A DNA stretch of 34,995 nt from Cytophagales bacterium (GCA_038241465.1 JBBRFP010000001.1:1-34995); one strand, 5' to 3'; shown: positions 1-9,876, counted from the stretch's first letter. The notes: generated by a model not told the origin, from the letters alone. Numbers and translations are program-made.

Positions 1-148
1 CTCCAAAATGCCCCCCGTAGATGGAAACGTTATCGATAATAAATTGTCTCAACTCCTGACATAACTGCACCAATTGTGCCTGGTCGAGTTTTTTAAGATC
101 GGCGGGGCTGTTTATTTGGGCTAGAAGTTTACCGGGGGTAATAAGCAT
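1..148 (-). CDS. dxs: 1-deoxy-D-xylulose-5-phosphate synthase, N-terminal part (runs off the window start)
   Basis: Not in the ORF track. Manual translation from ATG at 148 gives MLITPGKLLAQINSPADLKKLDQAQLVQLCQELRQFIIDNVSIYGGHFG, the typical DXS N-terminus (LL..I.SP.DLK.L, ELR.FI, GGH.G). Confidence 0.93.
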   Translation of the reverse strand, partial: MLITPGKLLAQINSPADLKKLDQAQLVQLCQELRQFIIDNVSIYGGHFG

Positions 149-270
149 AGTCTATGAAACGTATAATCCTAAAACAACTCATTAAGGTAACTGTTTAGGG
201 CTGATTTAAGATCAATTTCCGCTCAAATTTACTGATTTGATTCTCATTCCCCTTTTGTCATGGTATTTGA

Positions 271-278
271 TATTTTTG
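271..278 (+). promoter_or_regulatory. Bacteroidota housekeeping -7 promoter element for scpA
   Basis: TATTTTTG matches the TAnnTTTG consensus and lies about 40 bp upstream of the ATG at 320. Confidence 0.6.
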
Positions 279-319
279 CGCCACCCCGCAAGTCGGGGTT
301 TCGGTCACACACGCCAATC

Positions 320-1102
320 ATGACACAAGAAACTTTTGAAGTAAAACTTCCCCTTTTTAAAGGACCCTTTGACCTCCTGCTGTTTTTTATCGAGCGGGAT
401 GAGTTGGATATATACGATATTCCTATTTCTAAGATCACAAATGACTTTTTGGACTATTTACACCATCTGGAGACGCTCAACGTAGAGCTCGCCAGTGAAT
501 TTATTCTGGTGGCAGCCACTTTGATGCGGATCAAGTCCAAAATGCTGCTTCCAAGGCCCCAATTGGACGAGCTTGGCAACGAAATTGACCCGAGGGAGGA
601 GTTAATTAAACATTTACTCGAGTACAAAAAGTACAAATCTGTGCTCGAAAACTTCCAGAAGATGGAAGGAGACGAGCTTCAGAAAGAAAAGCGTGGAAAC
701 ATCATGAAGGAGCTGAAATCGCTGGCGGCTAGCGTCAACGTAGAGGCTGAACTCCAAGATGTCGATCTCTATAAGCTCATGCAGGTGTTTGAAAAAGTCA
801 TCAAGCGTTTTGATGAAGAAAAGAACCGCCCGGTGCATCAGGTTGTGCAGTACCCCTACACGGTTGAGGGACAAAAAGAATACATTATGAACGAACTGAC
901 ACGCAAAAGAACTGTGTCGTTTACCGAAATGCTGGAGCTAACCCCTACGCGTGTTGCTCTTGTTTTTAACTTTCTCGCAATACTTGAAATGCTTGCCAAC
1001 GGCGCCCTTGAATTACAACTTGGAGAAGGCTACAATAATTTTTGGGTAACCTTGAAAGATTCTATTGAAACAACAACACCAACACCAACAGAAAATAATT
1101 AA
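320..1102 (+). CDS. scpA: Segregation and condensation protein A (SMC kleisin)
   Basis: Motifs FKGPFDLLLFFI, DIYDIPISKIT, ASEFILVAATLMRIKSKMLLP, DPREELIKHLLEYK and FLAILEM. ATG 320 is preferred over 260 because it lies downstream of the -7 box. Confidence 0.93.
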   Translation: MTQETFEVKLPLFKGPFDLLLFFIERDELDIYDIPISKITNDFLDYLHHLETLNVELASEFILVAATLMRIKSKMLLPRPQLDELGNEIDPREELIKHLLEYKKYKSVLENFQKMEGDELQKEKRGNIMKELKSLAASVNVEAELQDVDLYKLMQVFEKVIKRFDEEKNRPVHQVVQYPYTVEGQKEYIMNELTRKRTVSFTEMLELTPTRVALVFNFLAILEMLANGALELQLGEGYNNFWVTLKDSIETTTPTPTENN

Positions 1103-1120
1103 TAGCGATTTACAAAATTC

Positions 1121-1158
1121 AGCCCCGAAGGATTCAGCTCTTTTGGGGTTTTTCTTTT
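1121..1158 (+). terminator. Probable intrinsic terminator after scpA
   Basis: Imperfect stem agccccgaagga / tcttttggggtt followed by tttctttt. Confidence 0.6.
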
Positions 1159-1251
1159 AAAGCTCTTCTTAAGGGCGATCCGTGTTACAAATCTTCCGGG
1201 CCGGATGAAACTGTCGTTGAATTCTGTTAACTTCATTCTTTAACAAATAAC

Positions 1252-2526
1252 ATGCGCTTTACTACTATCTTCATTCTATTGATCGGCTCCATGGCTAATG
1301 CCCAACAACAGCCTTCATATCTATTGCAACCGGACCGCATTTTTGACGGAACGGAAATGCATGAGGGTTGGGTGGTGATGGTGGAAGGAAATAAAATTAT
1401 AAGAGTCGGTTCAAAAGAATCGATCAAAGCTGGAAAAGATGCAAAAATAATTTCAATGCCCGGCACCACACTCTTGCCTGGTCTTATTGAAGGGCACTCT
1501 CACTTGCTTTTATATCCTTATAACGTTACTGACTGGGACACTCAAGTATTAAAGGAATCAGACACTTACCGGACAGCAAGAGCCACAATTCATGCCAAAA
1601 GCACACTTTCTGCAGGTTTTACCACGGTTCGGGACTTGGGTAGCGAAGGGGCAGGATATGCCGATGTAGCATTGAAACGGGCAATCAATGAGGGTATAAT
1701 TCCAGGTCCAAGAATGCTGGTGGCTGGAAGGGCCATTGTCGCAACAGGATCCTATGGACCAAAAGGTTACGATACGGATATGGAAATTATGTTAGGTGCC
1801 GAACCAGCTGACGGAAATAATCTTATCAGGGTTGTGCGTGATCAGATTGGTAAAGGTGCAGACTTTATAAAAATATATGCAGACTACCGTTGGGGTGCAA
1901 AGGGTGAAGATCAACCATCGTTCACCTTGGAGGAATTAAAAACCATCAATGAAGTGGCACGAAGCAGTGGTCGTTATTTTGTAGCGCATGCGAAAAGCAA
2001 AGAGGGAATGCGTCGTGCAATACTCGCGGGTGCGGAGACAATTGAGCACGGTGATTTCATGGATGAGGAGATTGCCCTATTAATGAAGGAACATAACGTT
2101 ACTTATTTCCCCACAGTGGCAGCCGTCGATGCCATTCAACAATACCGCGGATGGAAAAAGGGAACCGATGCGGAACCGGAAGCGGTGAAACAAAAAAGAA
2201 AAAGTCTTTCGATCGCAGTTAATGCAGGCGTCACTATCGGTATGGGCGGTGATGTAGGGGTATTTCCTCACGGAGAAAACGTATATGAGATGGAACTAAT
2301 GATGGAGTATGGAGGAATGAAAAATCTGGATGTGCTGAAGGCGGCAACAACGGTCAACGCAAAAGCAATACATATGGAGAATGAAATTGGAGCGATTAAG
2401 ATTGGATTGAACGCGGATCTTATGGCGGTGCAAGGAAATCCACTGAATAACTTATCGCAGTTGCGGAAGGTAGTATTTGTGATGAAGAATGGTGTTGTTT
2501 TCCGAGATGATATTAGTAAAAAGTAA
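1252..2526 (+). CDS. Secreted metal-dependent amidohydrolase (Xaa-Pro dipeptidase-like subgroup)
   Basis: Signal peptide; motifs PGLIEGHSHL (HxH), AGFTTVRDLG, GADFIKIY, AHA, TIEHG, GGDVG and ADL..V.GNPL. Confidence 0.88.
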   Translation: MRFTTIFILLIGSMANAQQQPSYLLQPDRIFDGTEMHEGWVVMVEGNKIIRVGSKESIKAGKDAKIISMPGTTLLPGLIEGHSHLLLYPYNVTDWDTQVLKESDTYRTARATIHAKSTLSAGFTTVRDLGSEGAGYADVALKRAINEGIIPGPRMLVAGRAIVATGSYGPKGYDTDMEIMLGAEPADGNNLIRVVRDQIGKGADFIKIYADYRWGAKGEDQPSFTLEELKTINEVARSSGRYFVAHAKSKEGMRRAILAGAETIEHGDFMDEEIALLMKEHNVTYFPTVAAVDAIQQYRGWKKGTDAEPEAVKQKRKSLSIAVNAGVTIGMGGDVGVFPHGENVYEMELMMEYGGMKNLDVLKAATTVNAKAIHMENEIGAIKIGLNADLMAVQGNPLNNLSQLRKVVFVMKNGVVFRDDISKK

Positions 2527-2570
2527 TCGATAAAGCAGTAATTCGTAAGTCGCAATCAATAACTTTAACC

Positions 2571-3434
2571 ATGAACCGGAAACAAGCAATCAAAACAATC
2601 GCGGCAACTACCGTGGGGTCAATTGCATTAACTGAAATCGCTAACGGTATGAGCACTCTCCCTGACGATCTGAAAAATAATATCAATCACTCTGTATGTC
2701 AGTGGTGCTACAGCGATATGTCACTGGAAGATCTTGTAAAAGCTGCGAAAGAAATCGGATTGAAATCTGTTGAGCTGTTAAATTCAGAACAATGGGGTGT
2801 TGCGACCAAGTATGGGCTAACCTGTGCAATGGCTTATGCGTCTCCGGTTGGACTTAATAAAGGATTCAATGACCCATCGATGCATGGGCAATTATTAAAA
2901 GATTACACTCTGAACATCCCAAAAGCGGCGGATTCAGGCCTAAAAAGCGTAATTTGCTTCAGTGGAAATGCCAACGGCCTTTCTTATGAACAGGGGCTTG
3001 AGAACTGTGCCAAGGGGCTTGAGCCAGTTTTAAAAGTAGCAGCAAAACACAATATCACAGTTTGCATGGAGCTCCTTAACAGTAGAGTCGATCACAAGGA
3101 TTATCAATGCGATCATACTGAATGGGGAGTTAAGCTTTGTGAAAAACTTGGCTCTACAGATTTCAAGTTGCTATATGACATCTATCATATGCAAATCATG
3201 GAAGGTGATGTGATCGCCACGATAAAAAAGCAAAGTAAGTACATAGGGCACTATCACACGGGTGGCGTTCCCGGAAGAAATGAAATTGATAGTTCACAAG
3301 AATTATATTACCCCGCAATCATGCAAGCTATCGTAGCAACAGGCTATAAGGGATATGTTGGTCAAGAGTTTATTCCGAAGAAGCGTGATAAGTTGAAGTC
3401 ATTGAAAGAATGCGTGATGATCTGCGACGTTTAG
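2571..3434 (+). CDS. Hydroxypyruvate isomerase-family TIM-barrel protein with a Tat-like leader
   Basis: Motifs MELLNS, KLLYDIYHMQIMEGD, HYHTGGVPGRNE and GYVGQEFIP. The N-terminus MNRKQAIK resembles a degenerate twin-arginine leader. Confidence 0.88.
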   Translation: MNRKQAIKTIAATTVGSIALTEIANGMSTLPDDLKNNINHSVCQWCYSDMSLEDLVKAAKEIGLKSVELLNSEQWGVATKYGLTCAMAYASPVGLNKGFNDPSMHGQLLKDYTLNIPKAADSGLKSVICFSGNANGLSYEQGLENCAKGLEPVLKVAAKHNITVCMELLNSRVDHKDYQCDHTEWGVKLCEKLGSTDFKLLYDIYHMQIMEGDVIATIKKQSKYIGHYHTGGVPGRNEIDSSQELYYPAIMQAIVATGYKGYVGQEFIPKKRDKLKSLKECVMICDV

Positions 3435-3441
3435 GCTAATT

Positions 3442-3523
3442 GCCACAAAGGGACGACGCATCCAGACCGTAATTATGATTTCTAAAAAATGTTCTTTGGG
3501 CCTTTCTTAAATGCCTTCGTGGC
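3442..3523. repeat. Degenerate inverted repeat (REP/MITE-like) between convergent genes
   Basis: gccacaaagg (3442-3451) pairs with ccttcgtggc (3514-3523) at 9/10 positions. Confidence 0.45.
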
Positions 3524-3537
3524 TAAAATATTAAGGT

Positions 3538-5928
3538 CTACTCGTCTCGTAACGAATTCACTGGATTGCTCCCTGACGCTTTCATTACATGATATCCAAC
3601 GGTAATTATTGTTATCAACAACGCAAGCACCGCTGATACAACAAATGTTTTCCATTCCTCTTGAAGAACGATACGATAGGTAAATTTCTGAAGCCACTGA
3701 CTGGTAAAATACCACGCTGCCGGAAATGCGAGAACAATCCCAATGCCAACAAGAATGAAAAATTCTTTGGATACCAATACCATAAGACTGTTAACGCTTG
3801 CCCCGATAACTTTTCTCACACCAATTTCTTTTCTTCGCATTTCTGTTGCGTAGGCAGCAAGTCCGAGAAGTCCCAGACAGGCAATGAGTATCGTTAATAT
3901 TGAAAATGCAGTAAAGATCTGGCTGCGCTTTTCATCGGCTTTATATTGTGAGTCAAGGTCTTCATCCAGAAAAACATACTCAAATGGATTATTTGTGTAC
4001 ACTTGCTTCCATTCTGTTTCCAACGCAGCGATACTTTTTCTTAGATCACCGGGCGCAAGACGCACATAAACATAATTTTGATCGGTTGCAAGGAGTATGG
4101 ACAACGGTTCAATAGCATCATAAAGTGAATTTTGATTGTAGTCTTTAATAACTCCAATAACTTTCTTTTCGGTTGTTCCGGGAGGGCCGCCGCCAAGGAC
4201 AAATTTCCGTCCAATAGGATCCTTCCATCCCATACGTTTTACCATACTTTCATTGACAAGTACCGCAAAAGCTGTGTCACCCGGATTATCTTTTGAAAAA
4301 TTACGGCCATTGACAATCTTGATACCTAGCGTGTTTAGATACTCATAGTCGGCTGAGTAGAGGTCAACACCACGATCCACCATTTTACCTTCGGCATCCT
4401 CTACCTGCATCATAAGTTTTGCGATTCCTTCGCCTGGTGACGCATCGGCCTTACCCACCGCTATCACTTCATGAAGATTTCTCAATCTATCAGCCAACAC
4501 TTCTCCATTAGCACGCATGTTGCGGTTTAGATTGAGCCTGACCACATTTTCTTTATCAAAGCCCAGGTCCTTATTGCGCATAAACTGCAGTTGATCGAAT
4601 ACCACCAACGTGCTGATAAGCATAAAAATGCTAAGACTAAACTGAAGCACGACGAGCGACCTTCTAAAAAGAGAGTTGCCACCTCTCGCAGCGAGCTTGC
4701 CCTTAAGAACATTTACCGGGCTGAATCCGGAGAGATAGAAAGCAGGATAACTTCCTCCTAAAACTCCCGTAATAAATATGATTGCTACCGAACTCAGCAA
4801 CACAGGTGTCTGCGTTAAATAGGAAAATGGCAGCTGCTTATTAGCCAGTGAATTAAATGCAGGCAATAAAAGATAGGTGAGAGCAAGACTGATCACCAGT
4901 GAGGTCAATGCAACTACAACCGATTCAATAAGGAACTGGGCTATGAGTTGTCCTCGTTGGGAGCCCATTACTTTTCGCAGACCAACTTCTTTTGCCCTAT
5001 TGACAGAACGGGCCGTTGCAAGATTCATATAGTTGATACAAGCAATCAGTATCATAAAGATGGCCACAGCAGCAAACGTATAAACATAGGAGATGTCACC
5101 ACCTTCTTCCGCTTCATCCTGGATCTTGGAATAAAGATGGATGTCAGTCATCCGCTGCAGTCCATACTTCACCGTCACTCCCATTTTCTCAAAAATTGGA
5201 TTGACTTTTTCTTTAACGATCTTATCAAGACTAATCTGCATTTTATTCAGATCATAACCAGGAGGCAATTGGATGTACGTGGTAACACCGAAGCCGCCCC
5301 AATTGCCTTGAAACTGGGGACGGGTACTTCGTGATATCAAGCCGTCAAACCTAAAGTGCGAATTCGGTGGAACATCTCTTATTATCCCTGTAATTTTAAA
5401 ATTTTCGTTTTGCTGATTGGTAATGGATTGATTAAGGGCCTGGATAGGATCAGTAAAATATTTTCTTGCTGTTTTTTCCGTCAGAATAATATTAAAAGGA
5501 TTGTCAAGAGCAGTAGATGGATCTCCTGTTATAAATTCATAACTAAACATATCGAAGACAGTAGAATCAGAAAGGAAGAATTTATCTTCATAAAACTGAA
5601 GATCACCATTTTTGAATTGGTTCCGACCCATTTGAATAAACCGAATTGAGTTAATTATCTCGGGATAATTATCTCTTAGCTCATCAGACAAAGGCACTTG
5701 AGTGGAAGACCACACGAATGCGTTATCTGTTTCCTTTATATTCGAAACTATCCTGAATACATTCTCCGCATTCTTATGATACCGATCATAGCTTATTTCA
5801 TCGAGAATATACAGTAACAGAAACAGGCTGCTGGTTATTCCAATAGTAAGTCCAATGATGTTAATGGCTGAATAGCCTTTATCTTTTAAAAGATTTCGTA
5901 AAGAAATGGTGAGTAAATTTTTGAGCAT
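3538..5928 (-). CDS. ABC transporter permease, MacB/FtsX-type with duplicated domains
   Basis: Motifs INIIGLTIG, ACINYMNLATARS..RAKEVGLRKVMG, GSYPAFYLS, LVVLQFSLS and R.KEIGVRKVIGAS, typical of Bacteroidota ~800-aa permeases. Confidence 0.93.
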   Translation of the reverse strand: MLKNLLTISLRNLLKDKGYSAINIIGLTIGITSSLFLLLYILDEISYDRYHKNAENVFRIVSNIKETDNAFVWSSTQVPLSDELRDNYPEIINSIRFIQMGRNQFKNGDLQFYEDKFFLSDSTVFDMFSYEFITGDPSTALDNPFNIILTEKTARKYFTDPIQALNQSITNQQNENFKITGIIRDVPPNSHFRFDGLISRSTRPQFQGNWGGFGVTTYIQLPPGYDLNKMQISLDKIVKEKVNPIFEKMGVTVKYGLQRMTDIHLYSKIQDEAEEGGDISYVYTFAAVAIFMILIACINYMNLATARSVNRAKEVGLRKVMGSQRGQLIAQFLIESVVVALTSLVISLALTYLLLPAFNSLANKQLPFSYLTQTPVLLSSVAIIFITGVLGGSYPAFYLSGFSPVNVLKGKLAARGGNSLFRRSLVVLQFSLSIFMLISTLVVFDQLQFMRNKDLGFDKENVVRLNLNRNMRANGEVLADRLRNLHEVIAVGKADASPGEGIAKLMMQVEDAEGKMVDRGVDLYSADYEYLNTLGIKIVNGRNFSKDNPGDTAFAVLVNESMVKRMGWKDPIGRKFVLGGGPPGTTEKKVIGVIKDYNQNSLYDAIEPLSILLATDQNYVYVRLAPGDLRKSIAALETEWKQVYTNNPFEYVFLDEDLDSQYKADEKRSQIFTAFSILTILIACLGLLGLAAYATEMRRKEIGVRKVIGASVNSLMVLVSKEFFILVGIGIVLAFPAAWYFTSQWLQKFTYRIVLQEEWKTFVVSAVLALLITIITVGYHVMKASGSNPVNSLRDE

Positions 5929-5980
5929 AATCTGTAATTAATAACGAAATAATCATCGGAAATAGGCCTAGAATAATAGT

Positions 5981-6008
5981 AGACGATGATTAGGCAAATA
6001 AAGTTTTA
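5981..6008 (-). promoter_or_regulatory. Putative ECF sigma-factor promoter (AAC-N17-CGTCT) for the ABC permease
   Basis: The minus strand reads taaAACtttatttgcctaatcatCGTCT, 52 bp upstream of the start codon. Confidence 0.5.
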
Positions 6009-6043
6009 TGGAATTTTTATAAATGTGTGATATCTGGTTCCCT

Positions 6044-6083
6044 AAAAGTAAAATCCGCTAACCGATGAACAGTTAGCGGATTT
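6044..6083 (-). terminator. Intrinsic terminator after the DUF4097-like gene
   Basis: Perfect 12-bp stem aaatccgctaac (6051-6062) / gttagcggattt (6072-6083), followed by a T-rich tract on the minus strand. Confidence 0.85.
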
Positions 6084-6104
6084 GATTAGTCGTCTGACGG
6101 CGTT

Positions 6105-6971
6105 TTAACGTTTTATTAATCTGACGCGTGAGTCATCGGTGCGAATATTGACTCTTGCTGACCCATTTGCCACGGCGAGCCTGGTCCGGTCATCCGATTC
6201 TTCTACTATTGTGAAACCCCCTTCTGTGATCACCCGGCCATCGTCATGCAGAATATCAAACTTGCCGCCACCTTTAGTGACAACAAATGAAATCTTCCCG
6301 TCCTGTGATTCAATTCGATACTCACCGTCGTCTGAAAGTGACGTCTCAATAATCATCTCTCCGTCATCAACCTTGGCTTCAACAAAAGAGAAGTTTGCAT
6401 TTTTTATGTTGACATCAGAATCATCTCCTTCCAACTCCAACGAACCACGGCCTTCATCCATTGTAAGATCTCCGTCGTCAAGTCTAAATCTGAATTTATC
6501 ACCAGAACACTGAATCATATTCACATCAGCATCATCGAGCTGCATTGAAATCGCCCCGTTGATATTCGTTATGGTGTATGTACCATCATCTCCTTTGATC
6601 TTAAGACTTGCTCCTTCCGGGGCTTCAATCTTAATCGTATAGGATTCATAACGATATCCAACCATGCCTACGGAAACATAGTTGCTGTGCTCCTTTATTT
6701 CCAGGTCGCCATTCTGTTCAGAAATATCTACTGAAAATTCATCGCGACCTCCAAAAGTGAAACCTTTTGTTGTGACTACCCGGTCAATTTTGACATGTGC
6801 CGTTTTGCGGGAAGAACCTGTTATATAAACTTTAGCATCCGAAGCGTTCAGGTCAACTTTACCGTTTACGCTAATGATGTACTCTTTATCAAGATGAAAT
6901 TCGCCTTCTGCTTTTTGGGCTCTGCCCTCAATGCCAGAAAGAACTAAGAAAACGACTAAAATTGATTTCAT
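6105..6971 (-). CDS. Secreted beta-strand repeat protein, DUF4097/putative adhesin-like
   Basis: Signal peptide; recurring xDDGx turns at about 20-aa spacing (DDGT, DDAD, DDGD, DDSD, DDGE, QDGK, DDGR). Confidence 0.75.
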   Translation of the reverse strand: MKSILVVFLVLSGIEGRAQKAEGEFHLDKEYIISVNGKVDLNASDAKVYITGSSRKTAHVKIDRVVTTKGFTFGGRDEFSVDISEQNGDLEIKEHSNYVSVGMVGYRYESYTIKIEAPEGASLKIKGDDGTYTITNINGAISMQLDDADVNMIQCSGDKFRFRLDDGDLTMDEGRGSLELEGDDSDVNIKNANFSFVEAKVDDGEMIIETSLSDDGEYRIESQDGKISFVVTKGGGKFDILHDDGRVITEGGFTIVEESDDRTRLAVANGSARVNIRTDDSRVRLIKR

Positions 6972-6992
6972 AAGCGTCTGATTTTAGTCGTA

Positions 6993-7018
6993 AGACGCGT
7001 TTGACGCACAAAGGTTGC
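6993..7018 (-). promoter_or_regulatory. Putative ECF sigma-factor promoter (GCAAC-N16-CGTCT) for the DUF4097-like gene
   Basis: The minus strand reads gcAACctttgtgcgtcaaacgCGTCT, 21 bp upstream of the ATG. Confidence 0.55.
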
Positions 7019-7019
7019 G

Positions 7020-7835
7020 TCAAAGCTGTTTTATCAGCTCGACATACAATTCAGTAAGATTGGCCTCCGCCTTACCGGCAATCTTAATTATATCTGAAAT
7101 AATTGCTGGTTTTAAATTATCGGGGTCACAATCATCTGTGAGCACTGAAATTGCGCAACACGGTAACCCCATGTGATTGGCTACAATAACTTCAGGGACT
7201 GTGCTCATTCCAACTGCATCACCACCAATTTGCCGCAAGAATCTGTACTCTGCACGTGTTTCCAAATTTGGTCCCATCACCCCTACATACACCCCTACAT
7301 TGAGCTTTACATTCTGCTTCTTCGCAATCTTCATTAATTTTTTGTTGAGCATAATCGAATACGGCTGGCTCATGTCTGGAAATCTCGGTCCCAGCACTTC
7401 AAAATTTTCCCCACGCAAAGGATTGTCAGGTTGCAAATTAATATGATCATCAATCAGCATCATCTGGCCCTTTTTCCATTTCATATTCATATTGCCTGCG
7501 GCATTTGAGATCAATAAATTCTCAATACCAAGCATCTTCATCACGCGAACGGGCAATGTGATCTGTTGTGTATTATATCCTTCGTAGTAATGAAAGCGTC
7601 CTTGCATGGCAAGCACTTTCTTTCCCTTGATGGTTCCATAGATCAGTTTGCCTCTATGAAATTCCACTGTGGAAACTGGAAAATGTGGAATGGAATTATA
7701 GTTGATCACCACAGGATCTTTGATCTTCTTGACAAAAAGATTTCCCAATCCAGTACCCAGAATCACACCTACTTCGGGAGAATCAATGCCATGCTGGCGA
7801 ATGAAATCCGTTGCTTCTTTTATTTCTTTTAGCAT
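7020..7835 (-). CDS. punA: Purine nucleoside phosphorylase (trimeric PNP-I type)
   Basis: Motifs GVILGTGLG, IPHFP.STV..H.G.L, QGRFHYYEG, SNAAG, GPNLETRAE and DAVGMSTVPEV. Confidence 0.95.
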   Translation of the reverse strand: MLKEIKEATDFIRQHGIDSPEVGVILGTGLGNLFVKKIKDPVVINYNSIPHFPVSTVEFHRGKLIYGTIKGKKVLAMQGRFHYYEGYNTQQITLPVRVMKMLGIENLLISNAAGNMNMKWKKGQMMLIDDHINLQPDNPLRGENFEVLGPRFPDMSQPYSIMLNKKLMKIAKKQNVKLNVGVYVGVMGPNLETRAEYRFLRQIGGDAVGMSTVPEVIVANHMGLPCCAISVLTDDCDPDNLKPAIISDIIKIAGKAEANLTELYVELIKQL

Positions 7836-7854
7836 ATTTTCTATTGGTAATGGT

Positions 7855-7972
7855 CAAATATAAGACTGTTAGAAGATGAAGACGAAAGATGGTGATGAAA
7901 GATCCGTTACTACAATCGTGATTACCGGCAGTCAAAAACTGATTAATTCTACTGCAGGGTTCATTATATTTG
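7855..7972. promoter_or_regulatory. Divergent -7 promoter boxes for PNP (-) and the GGT-family gene (+)
   Basis: Perfect TATATTTG on the minus strand at 7855-7862 and on the plus strand at 7965-7972. Confidence 0.7.
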
Positions 7973-8010
7973 ACATCCCTTGGGTTTTCAAATACATAAC
8001 GATCCGACGC

Positions 8011-9876
8011 ATGAAAATAGTCATTGCAGCGCTCTTTGGTTGCACTTTAAGCTTTACAGCTATCAGTCAATCATTTAACAATTTTCCGGTCATCACTCAG
8101 AAGCCCCCTTTGCATGGAAAGCACTGGATGGCGATCACCGGAAAACCATTGGCTGCCACCGCTGGTGCGATGATTTTCTCAAAAGGTGGCAATGCCGTTG
8201 ACGCATCTTGTGCAATGCTTGCAGCAACCTGCACCATGTGGGATGTACTTAGTTGGGGTGGCGAAACACAGGCGTTGATCTACAATCCCAAAACAAAAAA
8301 AGTAATTGCCATTAATGCAATGGGCGTTGCGCCATCCGGGGCTACTGTCGAGTTTTATCAATCAAAGGGAATGAAATATCCGCCAGAATTCGGCCCACTC
8401 GCTGCTACCACACCTGGAACAGCTGGTGGACTAATGACGATGCTTGCGGAATATGGTACGATGAGCCTGAAAGATGTCCTTGCTCCTGCTATGCAACTTG
8501 CCGATGGATACCCAATTGATGCCCAGACCGCTAACGCGATTGAGAGAGGCAAGGATGAAATTAAAAAATGGCCCTACTCCAGAAAAGTATTTCTAACACA
8601 TGCCGGATCCAAAAGAGAAGCTCCGGATGGCGGTGAAATATTCATTCAGAAAGATCTGCTCGCTACCCTTCAGAAATTAGTTGATGCTGAGCAACAAGCA
8701 TTAAAAAAAGGAAAGACACGTAAAGACGCGATCTACGCTGCGTACGATCGTTTTTACAAGGGAGACATCGCAAAAGAAATTGTTCGTGGCTCGCAGGAAC
8801 AAGGTGGCTTATTTACGGAAGCAGACCTTGCCAACTGGAAAGTAAAAATTGAAGAGCCTACGGTCACTAATTATCGCGGCATCGATGTTTATAAAATGCA
8901 GCAATGGACACAAGGGCCAGTGTTTTTACAAACCCTCAACATTCTTGAAAATTTTGATCTGAAAGGCATGGGGTACAATTCTGCAAAATATATCCATACG
9001 CTTTATCAGGCGATGAATCTCTCTTTTGCTGATCGGGATTTTTATTATGGCGATCCCGCGTTTGCAAAAGATCAACAACCCATGAAAGGTCTATTGTCAA
9101 AAGAGTATGCAAAAGAAAGATTGAAGCTGATCAACTGGGAAACGAACGATCCGAAGATCGCGCCTGGAGATCCTTATCCCTTTGAATCAAAGATCAATCC
9201 ATTTGTTGATATTCTTAAAACATGGGGTGATCAGGCTTTGCTGAATCCGAACAACAATCCATTAAATGAGAAATATTTTAACGATTTCACCGCTGGAACA
9301 ACATCCGTTGAAGCGGCTGATAAAGAAGGATGGGTCGTCTCCATTACGCCCAGTGGTGGATGGATTCCTGCGTGTATCGCTGGCAATACGGGAGTGGGCA
9401 TGAGCCAACGCATGCAATCCTTTGTGTTGGACGCAAAGGAAAGTCCATTCAATGTGATAGAGCCGGGAAAACGCCCGCGCGTTACGTTAACACCAAGTCT
9501 TGCGCTGAAAGATGGGAAACCATTTTTATCATTTGCCAAGCAAGCTGGCGATGAACAAGATCAGTTGCTGTTGCAGTTCTTTTTAAATATCGTGGAGTTT
9601 GGAATGACGGTACAAGAATCGACAGAAGCTCCAAGCTTTAAAACCTTACAGATGTATTCCAGTTTTGGTGCTCATGAAAAAGTACCCGGAGGATTGATAT
9701 TAAATAACGCAATGCCGGCGTGGGTAAGAAAAGATCTCTCGAAGATGGGTTATAAACTCTCGTATCAAGAGCGCACCAGTGGACCGATCAACGCGATTTA
9801 TTTCGACTGGCAGCATGGAAGCTTTTGGGGAGGATCTAGTAATCATGGCGAGGATTATGGGATCGGGTGGGAGTAG
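8011..9876 (+). CDS. Secreted gamma-glutamyltransferase-family Ntn-hydrolase
   Basis: Motifs GGNAVDA, FYKGDIA, FADRDFYYGDP, nucleophile region GTTSVEAADKEG and PGKRPRVTLTP. ATG 8011 (MKIVIAALFG...) gives a signal peptide and follows the -7 box. Confidence 0.9.
   Translation: MKIVIAALFGCTLSFTAISQSFNNFPVITQKPPLHGKHWMAITGKPLAATAGAMIFSKGGNAVDASCAMLAATCTMWDVLSWGGETQALIYNPKTKKVIAINAMGVAPSGATVEFYQSKGMKYPPEFGPLAATTPGTAGGLMTMLAEYGTMSLKDVLAPAMQLADGYPIDAQTANAIERGKDEIKKWPYSRKVFLTHAGSKREAPDGGEIFIQKDLLATLQKLVDAEQQALKKGKTRKDAIYAAYDRFYKGDIAKEIVRGSQEQGGLFTEADLANWKVKIEEPTVTNYRGIDVYKMQQWTQGPVFLQTLNILENFDLKGMGYNSAKYIHTLYQAMNLSFADRDFYYGDPAFAKDQQPMKGLLSKEYAKERLKLINWETNDPKIAPGDPYPFESKINPFVDILKTWGDQALLNPNNNPLNEKYFNDFTAGTTSVEAADKEGWVVSITPSGGWIPACIAGNTGVGMSQRMQSFVLDAKESPFNVIEPGKRPRVTLTPSLALKDGKPFLSFAKQAGDEQDQLLLQFFLNIVEFGMTVQESTEAPSFKTLQMYSSFGAHEKVPGGLILNNAMPAWVRKDLSKMGYKLSYQERTSGPINAIYFDWQHGSFWGGSSNHGEDYGIGWE

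Noticed and set aside
7876-8010. Long N-terminal extensions in the ORF track (also 260, 11785, 12494 and 15869)
   Set aside because: They overlap promoter boxes or neighbouring genes. The downstream starts (8011, 320, 11740, 12539, 15857) give proper N-termini or signal peptides.
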